Part shown: piece by piece, positions 21,412 to 31,959 of the stretch
Layout of the letters: each line of letters opens with the position of its first letter
How positions within the stretch are numbered: the stretch's first letter is position 1
Source of the DNA: an uncultured virus (IMG/VR IMGVR_UViG_3300028048_000084)
Taxonomy: Duplodnaviria; Heunggongvirae; Uroviricota; Caudoviricetes
Reading direction: 5' to 3' (one strand)
Length of the DNA stretch: 59,142 nucleotides
IMG/VR virus record: IMGVR_UViG_3300028048_000084
Translations under genes and position numbers: made by a program
The notes under the pieces: generated by a model
Databases searched by the model: none
What the model was told of the DNA's origin: nothing
Seen by the model: the letters and a program-made list of their open reading frames with translations, nothing else

Positions 21412-21492
21412 TTTGATTACCTCCTATTCTTCTTTAACTATATATAGTATAGCATACACTATCGTTTTTGTCAATAGATTTTTTATAAATAC

Positions 21493-21906
21493 ATAACGCA
21501 AAAACCGCCTACCTAAAAGGTGGCGGTTAGTGCGAGAGATAAACAAAATATAGTAAGATAACGCCCGTGGTTTATGCAAACAGTAACCGTTCTTAAAGTC
21601 TGTAACGAATTACAAACAGTTTTACTTAGTTTAATACTTGTCGCAAATGGAGGTGAGCTAAACAAGTACCATTGACACTCCCCACGGCTAAAGCCGGGGG
21701 ATTCTTGGTTCAATAACCACTGCGCCGCCTCCGAAGAATTGGCGTCTTACACGATTTCCCCAAGCGTGAATTCCCGTGTGCCCCACGGTATATGTTACCC
21801 GCCTTATATCCCCATAGTTGAAGCTAGGGGTTTTACGGCGGTTTTGATAAAACCTGCCTTGCATATTAATAGGTGGTTCAAGCCTACCCACTTGTTTTTG
21901 CGTTAT
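21493..21906 (-). other. structured element bounded by 13-bp perfect inverted repeats (ATAACGCAAAAAC), hosting an IS605 MITE
   Basis: IRs at 21493-21505 and 21894-21906; GC-rich hairpins near both ends; promoter ~21945-21975. Confidence 0.55.
21672..21846 (-). mobile_element. non-autonomous IS200/IS605 miniature element with tnpB 3'/omegaRNA-like right end
   Basis: TTTAT then CAAAACCGCCGTAAAACCCCTAGCTT left end; translates to TnpB C-terminal-like TVGHTGIHAWG and NQESPGFSRGECQ; ends GTGGGGAGTGTCAA. Confidence 0.8.
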
Positions 21907-22071
21907 ACAACTCCTAATTTATATTCTTTTTTTCTTTGTATATTTATTATACCATGTCGTTTTTGTTTTGTCAATAACCGTTTTCTTATTTTTTGAAGTT
22001 GATTGACTTTTTCCTTTCAACACATATATCGTATCATATTTCAATAACTTTGTCAATAGTTTTAACAAATT

Positions 22072-22494
22072 TTATTCAATAATAATTGTAGGTAATTTAT
22101 ATTTGTTCAAAATACAAGTTATATTATCTTTCCACATTTTATCTAATTGATGTTCTTGAATATATAATTGCAAATCTTCTTTGTCATTGATACATTGTAT
22201 CAGATACAATGTATCTTGATAGTCTATTTCCAAATCATTTGCAAATTCTTTAATATATGATATTTCCATATCATTATTGAAAATATTAGTATCGTTTTCA
22301 TACATACGTATTTTTTGCATGATATATAATGGTCTACCATTTTTAATATTTCTACCATGATATTTGTATATATCGCATAAAGACACAACAATATTTTGTA
22401 TATTTTTACCACAAAAACCAAAACTCATTAATTCATTATTGTTATATCTTTTGTGAGTGATAGACAAATATGGAGATTGATGTTTCTTTTTCAC
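22072..22494 (-). CDS. hypothetical protein
   Basis: 140-aa AT-rich ORF. Confidence 0.5.
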   Translation of the reverse strand: MKKKHQSPYLSITHKRYNNNELMSFGFCGKNIQNIVVSLCDIYKYHGRNIKNGRPLYIMQKIRMYENDTNIFNNDMEISYIKEFANDLEIDYQDTLYLIQCINDKEDLQLYIQEHQLDKMWKDNITCILNKYKLPTIIIE

Positions 22495-22666
22495 AATACA
22501 ACCATATATATAATACGTATCATTATTAATAGTTTTTTAGCTAATAATTTACCTTCCATTTTTTATTACCTCCATTAATATTTTACCAAATATATGTTTC
22601 AAAGTCAATCTGTAAAATGTTTTATTATATATATATAAAAAGCAGGATATTTCACCTGCTTTTCTT

Positions 22667-23038
22667 TTAGTATTTAATCCAATTCTCATAACCCATTGTA
22701 TCATCTTCACCATACCAACCATTGAATTTTTCTGCAATTTTCTTCATGATTGGTACGCTTTCATTATCGTTATCCAATGAAAGATATACAATCGAACGAG
22801 CCTCGAATTTATTACTAATAACAGTTTTATAGTTTTCAACAATCGACTTGCGAGAAGTACGATATATGAATAGCATACGAGGATTTTCTGCTTGAATAGT
22901 AACAAACCCTCCTTTGATACCATCTGCCATTTTATGACCTGAATAGTCATTTTTGATAACAGGATAGTTATCATAGATATAACCCAACACCTTGCTTTCC
23001 ATAGCATTAGGGATAACCACTTTGACAACTCTACTCAT
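22667..23038 (-). CDS. hypothetical protein
   Basis: AGGAGG RBS, promoter, terminator. Confidence 0.75.
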   Translation of the reverse strand: MSRVVKVVIPNAMESKVLGYIYDNYPVIKNDYSGHKMADGIKGGFVTIQAENPRMLFIYRTSRKSIVENYKTVISNKFEARSIVYLSLDNDNESVPIMKKIAEKFNGWYGEDDTMGYENWIKY

Positions 23039-23252
23039 TTTTAATTACCTCCTACTTAAACATTTTTTCTTTTCTCTATGATTATATATTACCACATCCA
23101 TCTATTTTTGTCAAGTAGTTTTTTATATTTTTTATTTATCACAATCTGTAAAATGTTTTATTCAATATCTATAAAACATTTTACGTTATACGTATAGCAA
23201 AAAAGAGGACGTTTTGTTTTACGTCCTCTTTTACTTTACGTCCTCTTTTACA

Positions 23253-23561
23253 TTACAAATCTTTGATTTCAATCCCATATTTTTCTTTGATTGCATCGCT
23301 CATAACTTTAGCAAGTTTCACAGCCTGCTCATTACGAGCGTCCGTTCCACACTCTGCAAACATTCCAATTGCCTTGACGAAAAGCATAATTTCGTCATAC
23401 TGTAAGGAACGATGGTCACGGCGTAAAGTTTCGTTAAATCCTTTCATAAAATTATTTTGTTGACTCGACATGCTACTATTCAATGTATTGCTAATTTCTT
23501 TAGCAATTACTACACCTTTATCGTAGCTTTCTTTATCAAGTTTTTCAAAATCCATTTTCAA
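23253..23561 (-). CDS. hypothetical protein
   Basis: AGGAGG RBS; HRSLQ and DARNE motifs. Confidence 0.75.
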   Translation of the reverse strand: MKMDFEKLDKESYDKGVVIAKEISNTLNSSMSSQQNNFMKGFNETLRRDHRSLQYDEIMLFVKAIGMFAECGTDARNEQAVKLAKVMSDAIKEKYGIEIKDL

Positions 23562-23720
23562 TTCCTCCTATGAACTTATTGGTTATCTATCTCTTAACTG
23601 TCTTTATTATATCAAACAGTACATTTTTTGTCAAGTACTTTTTTATATTTTTTTTCTTTATATAAAACATTTTACAAAAATGTTGATTTGCATATATACA
23701 CAAAACATGATACAATATAA

Positions 23721-24131
23721 ATGGAGGATAACATTATGAAAAATTATTCTATTCAATATTATGTATCAAAACAAACAAAACCAACAAGATTTAAAACATA
23801 TACGGAAAATGAAATAAATATATGTACGAATCGAATTGTTGAATATATGAATTTTGTATCTATGAAATTCAATTTAATACAATATCAAAAAGATAATAAT
23901 AAATATTATATCCATTACAATTTATTATTTGGAAAAAATATGTGTAGATATAATATTCTTTCTGAAAATCGGTTAGACAATATGATACATAAGTATGGTG
24001 GAGAATATGATTTTCATAATCAACAAATTGTATTTCATAATCAACAAAATATAGAACAATTTGTAAGTAAATATTTACAATTATTGCAAAACAAAATACT
24101 TATTCCTCTTGTAAAATACCAAGGAATATAA
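23721..24131 (+). CDS. hypothetical protein
   Basis: GGAGG RBS; convergent terminator 24130-24162. Confidence 0.6.
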   Translation: MEDNIMKNYSIQYYVSKQTKPTRFKTYTENEINICTNRIVEYMNFVSMKFNLIQYQKDNNKYYIHYNLLFGKNMCRYNILSENRLDNMIHKYGGEYDFHNQQIVFHNQQNIEQFVSKYLQLLQNKILIPLVKYQGI

Positions 24132-24164
24132 AAAAGGATAACTAAATTTAGTTATCCTTTTGTT

Positions 24165-24443
24165 TTATTTATGCATATTCATAAAATCTGCTACTGCTTT
24201 ATTAACCAAGTTTTCTAAAATGGTTTCATTGAATTTATAATTTGAATAAATGCTCGTAACAAATACTGTATTGATATTAACAAATTCACGTATGTTATAA
24301 AAATGTTTTGATACATCTTTCAACGGTTTTATAACATAGAAAACTTTTTTATCTTTCATATTATAAAACACATCCATATAATCTTCACGCCAAATTTCTT
24401 TAGAGGCTTCTAATACCTCCTTTATTCCATTTATCATTTTCAA
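24165..24443 (-). CDS. hypothetical protein
   Basis: AAGGGTGA RBS. Confidence 0.55.
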   Translation of the reverse strand: MKMINGIKEVLEASKEIWREDYMDVFYNMKDKKVFYVIKPLKDVSKHFYNIREFVNINTVFVTSIYSNYKFNETILENLVNKAVADFMNMHK

Positions 24444-24683
24444 ATCACCCTTGTTTGAATAGTTTTTTATATAAATGAAATAAAAGCGTATAATTCAAAA
24501 ATCCTGTTTTTCCTGCGCATATTAAAAACTACTTCTTTTTTCATAGTGTAAAATGTTTTATGTAAAAAATTAGATAAGACATTTTACATTGTGAAAAAGG
24601 CATAAAAAAAATATGCCTATCTTGCATACACTTTCCATTCATGGATAATGTGTTTTCACATTATCCGTTTACGTTTTATTTAA

Positions 24684-24932
24684 TTATAATTCGCGTAAAT
24701 ACTTTTTAATTTCATTAAATGCTGGTCGTTCATCTACTCCACTAATGTTAATTACCAATATTTGATTCGGTAAAATACATAAGTCTAAAACACTTAATAT
24801 ACTTTTTGCATTGGCAGAATTGTTATCATTATAAACCTTAATACTTGCATGATATTTCTGTGCTATCTTTGCTAAACCTCCGCACTCTCTCAAACTCAAA
24901 CGCTTGTGAGATTGCTCTATTAAATTAACCAT
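24684..24932 (-). CDS. HPr-family phosphocarrier-like protein lacking the catalytic His15
   Basis: 82 aa; ANAKSILSVLDL (Ser46 signature) and I.G.DE..A; LSLR in place of LHAR. Confidence 0.8.
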   Translation of the reverse strand: MVNLIEQSHKRLSLRECGGLAKIAQKYHASIKVYNDNNSANAKSILSVLDLCILPNQILVINISGVDERPAFNEIKKYLREL

Positions 24933-25079
24933 GATTACATCACCTCATTGTTATAATAAAACACATAGAATAAAAATATTCTACGTTGATAGTATAACAA
25001 AAAAGAGACTTTTTTGCAAGTCTCTTTTATAAATCATAACAGTTTTATTATATGTACTATTCTTTTTTATTATATCTAA

Positions 25080-25484
25080 TTATTCAATAGCGATATACTT
25101 ATCTTCCTGTTTTTCGTCCTTATTAACAGTAATGGTTAAAATACCATCTTTCAAATTAGCTTTAATATCCTGCTTGTTCATGTTAGGAAGTCTAAAGCTA
25201 CGTGACACCTTGCTATAACTTCTTTCGTGACAAAGATACTTCTTATCATCCTTTGTATCTTCCTTGTGTTCAACTGCAATTGTCAGAACGTCATCCTTAG
25301 TTGATACTTTAATATCATTCTTGTCAAAACCTGCAACCTCCGCAGTAACAATATATGACTTTTCTGTATCTTCTACGTCACATTTCATATCTTGATGTAC
25401 TTGTGGAAACTTAAATCCATCAAAAAATCCATCATTAAAAATACTATCCATTTCTTTGTTTTCAAAAGGAATTAAACCAAACAT
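25080..25484 (-). CDS. Hsp20/alpha-crystallin small heat-shock protein
   Basis: DVEDTEKSYIVTAEVAGFDK.DI, ERSYSKVSRSFRLP, A.LKDGILTI. Confidence 0.92.
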   Translation of the reverse strand: MFGLIPFENKEMDSIFNDGFFDGFKFPQVHQDMKCDVEDTEKSYIVTAEVAGFDKNDIKVSTKDDVLTIAVEHKEDTKDDKKYLCHERSYSKVSRSFRLPNMNKQDIKANLKDGILTITVNKDEKQEDKYIAIE

Positions 25485-25655
25485 TATTATTACCTCTTTA
25501 TATTAAATACTCTTTTTCCTTTTTCCATTGATTAAATAGTCAAAAAGTCAAACTTTATAACAGGTACTAAAAATTTTTTTGTAAAATGTTTTATGGTAAA
25601 AAGTCAATCAACTTAACACAAAAAAAGAGGGAACATATTTTCCCTCTCCTATTCG

Positions 25656-26084
25656 TTACAGTTTTGTCACTTGACCTGTAAAAACATTAATGACTTCTGT
25701 ACCATCACCGAAGGCAGAACGCATTTCTGCTAGTTCTTCTTCACTCGGTTTGTGATTTGCCATTTGTTCACGATAGGATTTATTGACTTCCTCATTAGCT
25801 TTTTTCAATGCCCTGCTATGTTTGACTAAATCAATATTTCCGTGCATTTTAGTGTAGTAGAAACCTGCTACATCCATTGGAACAATACGCATTTCGTTTG
25901 GAAGAATCCAATATAATACACCATCCTTGACAGTAGATTTATTTGGATTTTTCAATTCTTCTTTCAAGTGCTCTAGTTCATTCTTATACGTATCAGGATA
26001 AAGGTGATAGGATGAAACACAAACCTCGTTCGCTACACTTACATGTTCTTCAAAAAGCTCTTTCGTCATTTTCATTGTGCTCAC
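25656..26084 (-). CDS. hypothetical protein
   Basis: C-terminal EMRSAFGDGTEVINVFTG; promoter and terminator. Confidence 0.75.
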   Translation of the reverse strand: MSTMKMTKELFEEHVSVANEVCVSSYHLYPDTYKNELEHLKEELKNPNKSTVKDGVLYWILPNEMRIVPMDVAGFYYTKMHGNIDLVKHSRALKKANEEVNKSYREQMANHKPSEEELAEMRSAFGDGTEVINVFTGQVTKL

Positions 26085-26269
26085 GAACCTTTCTTCAATA
26101 GCGTCTGTTTATCTCTATGGTTATAGTATAGCAAACTATGTGCAATTTGTCAAGCACTTTTTTATATATATTTCGTAGTAAGCAAGATTGTAAAATGTTT
26201 TATCAATGAACAATCTATATGCCGTTTTACTTTATAAACGGCATAAGGATTATGCTATAACCAGCTCGT

Positions 26270-26365
26270 ATAGGCTTACACTTCACCTGTAACGTGCCTT
26301 AATAGCAAAACAGGTATAGTTATATGTATTGACTGAAAAACTGCAAAAGAAAACGCTATCTATGG
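26270..26365. repeat. arm-core-arm palindromic site, copy 5
   Basis: ttcacctgtaac ... AAAACAGGTATAGTTATATG (core at 26311). Confidence 0.6.
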
Positions 26366-26421
26366 TTACGTGTAGCAAATAAAAAAGCAGGAAGGGTATT
26401 TCACCTTCCTGCTCTATTTTG

Positions 26422-26988
26422 TTATACACGTTCCACGACTTCAAAATCCATGCTTTTCCAATTACGGATATTGGCACGAAAACCATGATGGACAGAACGT
26501 AAACCTTTCGTTCTACGTTTACCATAGGGATTCCCATCAACAATACGGAATGTATCTTCTTCAACGTCATTACCAAAGTGGAATGGTTTTTTGAATTTGA
26601 TAACTGTTCCCATAGCAAGGGATTTGACCATTTCTTTACGAGAAAGAACCTTATGAACGGTTTCCCTCCACTCTTTTGACCAATCATTGCAAGGTTCACT
26701 CTGTTCTACGATTTTCATAATTCTTGCAGGACAGTTATAGTAATATGGATTTACTGATTCGTCCATGTCTTTGTAAGAGAAGTTATAATAGTCATCTCTT
26801 TCAAAATGTACCCTGCAAACGAGTGCAAAGTACTGTTTCTTAGACGGAATGTAAACTGCCCTGTAATACTCACTCATATTGACGAGTGCGCCTTTTGAGG
26901 CGAATTTGAAATCCGTGCTTTCAAATTCTTTCTCAAAAAACTCGTCAACCGTCATTCCATAATCCTTGTGCGAAGAAGTCCAACCCAT
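26422..26988 (-). CDS. DUF6927-like protein
   Basis: MGWT start, YYRAVY, FALVC, NFSYKDMDESVNPYYYNCP. Confidence 0.7.
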   Translation of the reverse strand: MGWTSSHKDYGMTVDEFFEKEFESTDFKFASKGALVNMSEYYRAVYIPSKKQYFALVCRVHFERDDYYNFSYKDMDESVNPYYYNCPARIMKIVEQSEPCNDWSKEWRETVHKVLSRKEMVKSLAMGTVIKFKKPFHFGNDVEEDTFRIVDGNPYGKRRTKGLRSVHHGFRANIRNWKSMDFEVVERV

Positions 26989-27584
26989 GATAATTACCTC
27001 CTGTTTCTAAACCTTATCTCTTAACTGTCTTTATTATATCAGATAGAGAACGCTTTGTCAAGAACTTTTTTATTTTTTTTGTTTTTGACTTTGTGTTATT
27101 TGTTCCCTGTCTATGGTTATAGTATAGCAAACTACAAGTATTTTGTCAAGAAGTTTTTTATATTTTTGGCAGAAAAATTTTTGTCATAAAACATTTTACA
27201 ATTTCGTATATACATATACAAAATAGGGAGAAATGATTTTCATTTCTCCCTACATTTCTCCCCAACTTGATTTATTTATATCTTTTTTTATTTTTTTCTC
27301 GTATAGCTATTATTGATGTTCAGTTTATTAACAATATCAAATGCTTTCATCAAGTAGTTATTCATTTTTTGATTACCTTCATCAATTCATATAATTTGTT
27401 TCCATTTCCTTATCTCTGTAAACAGTATAGCATATAGCACTATGTTTGTCAAGAATTTTTTTATGTATACAAAATACACAAGTTTGATTTTCAAGCAATA
27501 AAACATTTTACATTTTACACATACGGTTTTATGTGTAAAATGTTTTATATAAAAAACGGAAGAATTTTGCTTCTTCCGTTTTTT

Positions 27585-27980
27585 TTACTTCTTCAGATTA
27601 CTCATATAAACTTCCATTTTGTTTCCACGTTCATCCATGCAAAGTACAATACCATTATGGAATTTTTTATCATCGTCATAATACGCTTTTTGTACAATAT
27701 CAATAACAGTAAGATTTCCGTACTTGCGTCCAATCCACTTATTTTCATAAGACTTCTTTTTACATTCCTTGCACATTTTTACAGAACCGTTCTTTAGATA
27801 CTGCAAGGGAACAATAATTTGGTTTCCACAATCACACTCACACAGATACATAGCAAGTGTTTTACCATGATTACCAATAGGCTTATTACAAACATACTTA
27901 ACAACCGTGAGTTTACCGAATTTATGACCAACAAAACTATCTACATCGAATGTACGCATAATTAATCTCCCCTTATTCAA
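27585..27980 (-). CDS. homing-endonuclease-associated repeat protein without a nuclease domain
   Basis: G.KFGKLTVV..., YLCECDCGN and a second GRKYGNLTVI repeat. Confidence 0.65.
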   Translation of the reverse strand: MNKGRLIMRTFDVDSFVGHKFGKLTVVKYVCNKPIGNHGKTLAMYLCECDCGNQIIVPLQYLKNGSVKMCKECKKKSYENKWIGRKYGNLTVIDIVQKAYYDDDKKFHNGIVLCMDERGNKMEVYMSNLKK

Positions 27981-28237
27981 ATATCCTCCAATACAACCCC
28001 ATCATCTGTCATTGATACTTTTTTTGCTATCCAATCTGACGTAATGAAAAAGTTTGTATCATATGAAGAAAGCACTTCAATCATAGCATCATCGCCCAAA
28101 TTGACAATCTGTTTAACAGATACAATCTGATTAGACAACTGTTTCTGCATTAATCCCATACAATTGTCGTTAGGTAGTTCATCTTTTGGTTTAATGATAA
28201 CCGAATCTCCGATTTTTAAGTTCATGATTATCACCAC
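27977..28237 (-). CDS. hypothetical protein
   Basis: LKIGDSV.IK start (SH3-like). Confidence 0.6.
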   Translation of the reverse strand: MVIIMNLKIGDSVIIKPKDELPNDNCMGLMQKQLSNQIVSVKQIVNLGDDAMIEVLSSYDTNFFITSDWIAKKVSMTDDGVVLEDI

Positions 28238-28492
28238 TTATTATCCATCTTTTTAATAGCCTTTACGATTTGTCTCTTAGTCATTTATTATTCCTCCTTT
28301 AATAAAAATATTGCTCATCAACTTCATATTTGCTTAAATCTTTTGCAGTTTTTTGTATAATGTAGTTATTATTTGTTTCTTCAACAAGTTGTTTCATGAT
28401 TAAATAATCTTTACTTGAAAATATCAAACTACCAATTTTAATATAATACCACATAAATAATCTCCCCTTTACAGTCCATAATTATTCCTTCA

Positions 28493-28810
28493 TCAATCCT
28501 GCACTAGTTTATCCATGACGTGATTATAATCGTGCTTATACAAGCATTCCATTTCATAATGGAAGTTACAATCTTCAAGCAAGTCCTCAATTTTATTCTG
28601 ATACTTTCCTGCTTTATGAAGGTTAGTCAATTCCACAATATCATCATGAGTAAATCCCCAATGAATGATAGGAGAAGTATCACAACCACCATTAGCCTTG
28701 TTCAATGCCCTTGCCCAATTCGACAAGGAATAAATACGACCGTTCATATCCTTGTAAAAAGGAATGTTCTCACCATTGAATTTTTCAATATACTTTGTTG
28801 TGCGTTTCAT
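28493..28810 (-). CDS. hypothetical protein
   Basis: IEDLLEDCNFH motif; RBS and promoter. Confidence 0.7.
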   Translation of the reverse strand: MKRTTKYIEKFNGENIPFYKDMNGRIYSLSNWARALNKANGGCDTSPIIHWGFTHDDIVELTNLHKAGKYQNKIEDLLEDCNFHYEMECLYKHDYNHVMDKLVQD

Positions 28811-29104
28811 TGTTCGTTTCCCCTTTCATTATTTAGTATACCACACATATATGTGTTTGTCAATATTTTTTTTATGCTTCCTCAATGTTATTTACATAGC
28901 AGTAACCATCTTTTTTCAAATCGCCCCAATCGACATGATTTTCCAAACAGTTCTCAAAATCCTGCTTAATGTAATTAATTACCTCCTAAACAATTCTCTG
29001 TTCTCTTTCTATGGTTATATATTACCATATCTTTTATTTTTTGTCAAGCATTTTTTTATATTTTATCCAATAAAATATGGCAGGTAATATACCCGCCACA
29101 TTAT

Positions 29105-29338
29105 TTAACGACCGTAAATCTTATTCTGATTCTCAACCGTATCTAAAATACTATCAAGAACCATTAATACACGTTTTTCATCTTTGGCAAAACCAACGTC
29201 CCACATTTCATCGTTTTTCGAGTCTAAGCGAATGATAATATATTCACCCGCTTTTTTCGTCACAACATAATCGTTATTGTGGTCTGCCTTATTTAGCTTT
29301 TCAAGCGTAACAAAAATCTTATCAAACATCAGTATCAT
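29105..29338 (-). CDS. hypothetical protein
   Basis: promoter, RBS, terminator. Confidence 0.65.
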   Translation of the reverse strand: MILMFDKIFVTLEKLNKADHNNDYVVTKKAGEYIIIRLDSKNDEMWDVGFAKDEKRVLMVLDSILDTVENQNKIYGR

Positions 29339-29409
29339 CCTTTCATTGCCTTGTGAACCTCTCTATGGTTATATATTACCACACGTAACAATGAAAGTCA
29401 AGCATTTTT

Positions 29410-30624
29410 TTATTTACTTAAAAAAGTTTCTATCTCATTCATAGATACATATTTTCCTGCTCTTGATTTAATCAATGAAATAGGAGCATGTTTTTTTAGA
29501 GTGAACATATAACCTTGATACTCTTTAGGTACTACTTGTTGTACGGTTTTACCAAACTTTGCCATATCGTCTATATGTTTTACTACATCGTAATAACGAT
29601 ATATCAAACTAGATTTTTTGTTCATATAGTGAAAAACTTTATCTGCTACCTCATTTAACATACTATGATATATCGTAGGTACTTTAGCCAACAAATCATC
29701 ATAGCAATCATCTGCAATAGCTTGAATGATTGTTTTCTTTGACGTTTCTTGCGCAATAATATGATTTAACTCTAAATAGTCATCACATTTTAGTTTATAC
29801 CTATGATTATCAATCGTAATAACCCATCCCTCTTTATCTGAACCACGATAAGATTTTTTTGATTGAATAACATCAGACAAAGAACGATTGTCAAATTGTG
29901 TCATAGGAATGTGATATTTATCTGCATATTCTTTTTTGATATACTTATATGGATATTCAACACCATTTGTTATATTGCGAACACCAATAAGATATATTCC
30001 TTCTTGCTCTTTCGTATAAACAACAATATGTCTATCATTCAATGAAATATATTCAAAAATAAACGTCTTGTCTGCATTATCCATAATCATCTGTTTATGA
30101 TTATCAGATAACATAGTTTCTGCTTCTTTCAGGCGAAAATTTGTATTCGCGTCAAGTGAACCTGTACCACCAAGCACAAAATGATTATCATAATATGCTA
30201 CAGACAACAACGAACCATCTAGTTTATTTGTTATTTCAACGTCTTTTGCGTTTTTCAAATATCCCTTGACAATATCAATATTTGTTTCCTCTATCTCGTT
30301 GATATTGAAAAATTTACGAAAAGGACACAATACAATAGCATCATTTTCAATATCTATTGTCAAACCTCTCATTTCACGATAAATAGAATTTGAATTACTA
30401 TAAATGTCATTGTTTCCACCTTTGATAAGCGAATACTTGAAAAGATTGTACTTGCCATATACAATGATAGATACACATTTCAAAAAATTATTATATTCAT
30501 CTGTATTTAGATATTCACACATTTCTTCAATGCTATAGGTATCAAGCATATCTATGTGTTTTTTGTTCATATATTGGTATTTGATGTTCATAACATAGTT
30601 ATATGCTATATCCCAATCGTACAT
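29410..30624 (-). CDS. T4 Rnl1-type RNA ligase
   Basis: E.RG, PFRKFFN, KLDGS (motif I), FEYIS, EGWV, YKLKC..Y. Confidence 0.88.
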   Translation of the reverse strand: MYDWDIAYNYVMNIKYQYMNKKHIDMLDTYSIEEMCEYLNTDEYNNFLKCVSIIVYGKYNLFKYSLIKGGNNDIYSNSNSIYREMRGLTIDIENDAIVLCPFRKFFNINEIEETNIDIVKGYLKNAKDVEITNKLDGSLLSVAYYDNHFVLGGTGSLDANTNFRLKEAETMLSDNHKQMIMDNADKTFIFEYISLNDRHIVVYTKEQEGIYLIGVRNITNGVEYPYKYIKKEYADKYHIPMTQFDNRSLSDVIQSKKSYRGSDKEGWVITIDNHRYKLKCDDYLELNHIIAQETSKKTIIQAIADDCYDDLLAKVPTIYHSMLNEVADKVFHYMNKKSSLIYRYYDVVKHIDDMAKFGKTVQQVVPKEYQGYMFTLKKHAPISLIKSRAGKYVSMNEIETFLSK

Positions 30625-30790
30625 GGTAATTCACCTCCATTACATAATATCAAATAACAGTATTTTTGTCAACGCATTTTTGAAAAAAATCGGATTGTAA
30701 AATGTTTTATTGAAATATAACTTACTTGATAAAACATTTTACATAATAGGAAAAATCAAAAGAGGAAGGTTTTACCCTTCCTCTCGTTTC

Positions 30791-31303
30791 TTACCAACGC
30801 TCATAGTGAACTTTGAGATTATATTTAGAAATTAGATTGTCTGCTTTTGCTTTCCATACTTCATGCAGGTTATTTTCGTGAATGTACGTTGACAATTCAC
30901 CTTCAATCTCTTCACGACTTGCGCCTTTGCAAAGTGCAATCAACTTTTCTGCTTCATCAACAGAAATCATCAAGTGATTTGCAAGTGCTTCTTTTTCATT
31001 GTGTTCGATGAAATAAGCACCGTTCGCAATCTCATGCATCGGTTTGCCATCAACATCCCTAAGATGAAAATCGAACAAATCTGCAAGTTCAGGGAATTTG
31101 CGTTCCGTCTCACGACCGCAAGCACCACACAAAACAGGATTCGCGTAACGTTTATCACGTCCACCCTTGCGCGTCGCTTTCCATGTATTGTGCGTGACAG
31201 AAAAGTATGGCTTCTGCTTACCAATCTGTTCAAGCTTCCCATAGAAGATGAACAGATAACCATTGTTGACTTTTTTTGCGACTTCATACTGTGCTTCAAA
31301 CAT
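30791..31303 (-). CDS. hypothetical protein
   Basis: PYFSVT, CGAC, FPELA..FHL...G.PMH..ANG.Y. Confidence 0.75.
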   Translation of the reverse strand: MFEAQYEVAKKVNNGYLFIFYGKLEQIGKQKPYFSVTHNTWKATRKGGRDKRYANPVLCGACGRETERKFPELADLFDFHLRDVDGKPMHEIANGAYFIEHNEKEALANHLMISVDEAEKLIALCKGASREEIEGELSTYIHENNLHEVWKAKADNLISKYNLKVHYERW

Positions 31304-31542
31304 TTCAATTACCTCCTAAAAACTGTGAACCTTATCTCTTTATGCTTATATATTAGCATATTTTGTTTTGTTTGTCAATAGCTTTTTTATTTTCTTGACT
31401 TCTTTTTCCTTTCGACACTTATAGATTACCATATCAGTATATCATTGTCAAGAACTTTTTTATGTATACAAAATACAAATTTTTTGAAAAAACTTTATAA
31501 AACATTTTACAATTTTATAATTACAGTATTTTATAGGTAGTA

Positions 31543-31959
31543 ATGATTGGAGTGAGAAATATAATGAATAATCCCTATGATGAAATACAAATGAAACCAT
31601 TTACGCTATTAAATGACAGTCAAATCAAAAGTGTTAATAAAAAAGGCATACAAGGCAAATCGCTATTTATCAAATTTAGCGAGAAAAATATGTACGATTA
31701 TATAGATGAATTTTATTATAACTTATTCATAAATCATCCTAGACTTTTATTTGATATAACGAATTATGATAATGGTAATTCTTATGTGATTGACAAAAAA
31801 ATGAATGAATTATTTAAGCAACAATTTACAAACAGTTATTCTTATCTTGTAAATAACAATATTCTAAAATTCATTCCCAAGCAGGTATTAGAACAAACCA
31901 TGAAACATGTTTTTTCAAAGCCTAGAAAGGAAAACAAACTATTCAAACAATCTATCTGA
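31543..31959 (+). CDS. hypothetical protein
   Basis: 138-aa ORF. Confidence 0.5.
   Translation: MIGVRNIMNNPYDEIQMKPFTLLNDSQIKSVNKKGIQGKSLFIKFSEKNMYDYIDEFYYNLFINHPRLLFDITNYDNGNSYVIDKKMNELFKQQFTNSYSYLVNNNILKFIPKQVLEQTMKHVFSKPRKENKLFKQSI

Noticed and set aside
21513..21996. ORFs 21513, 21688 and 21739 as independent genes
   Set aside because: They largely translate IS605 end sequences
25537..25553. CtsR box upstream of the Hsp20 gene (AGTCAAA-A-AGTCAAA)
   Set aside because: Heptad spacing is 1 nt rather than the canonical 3; suggestive only
4117..27797. ORF-track proteins sharing CKMFY or KTFY peptides (e.g. 4117, 7457, 8553, 9320, 10179, 27531)
   Set aside because: These are translations of the 15-bp DNA motif in intergenic or antisense frames and have no RBS
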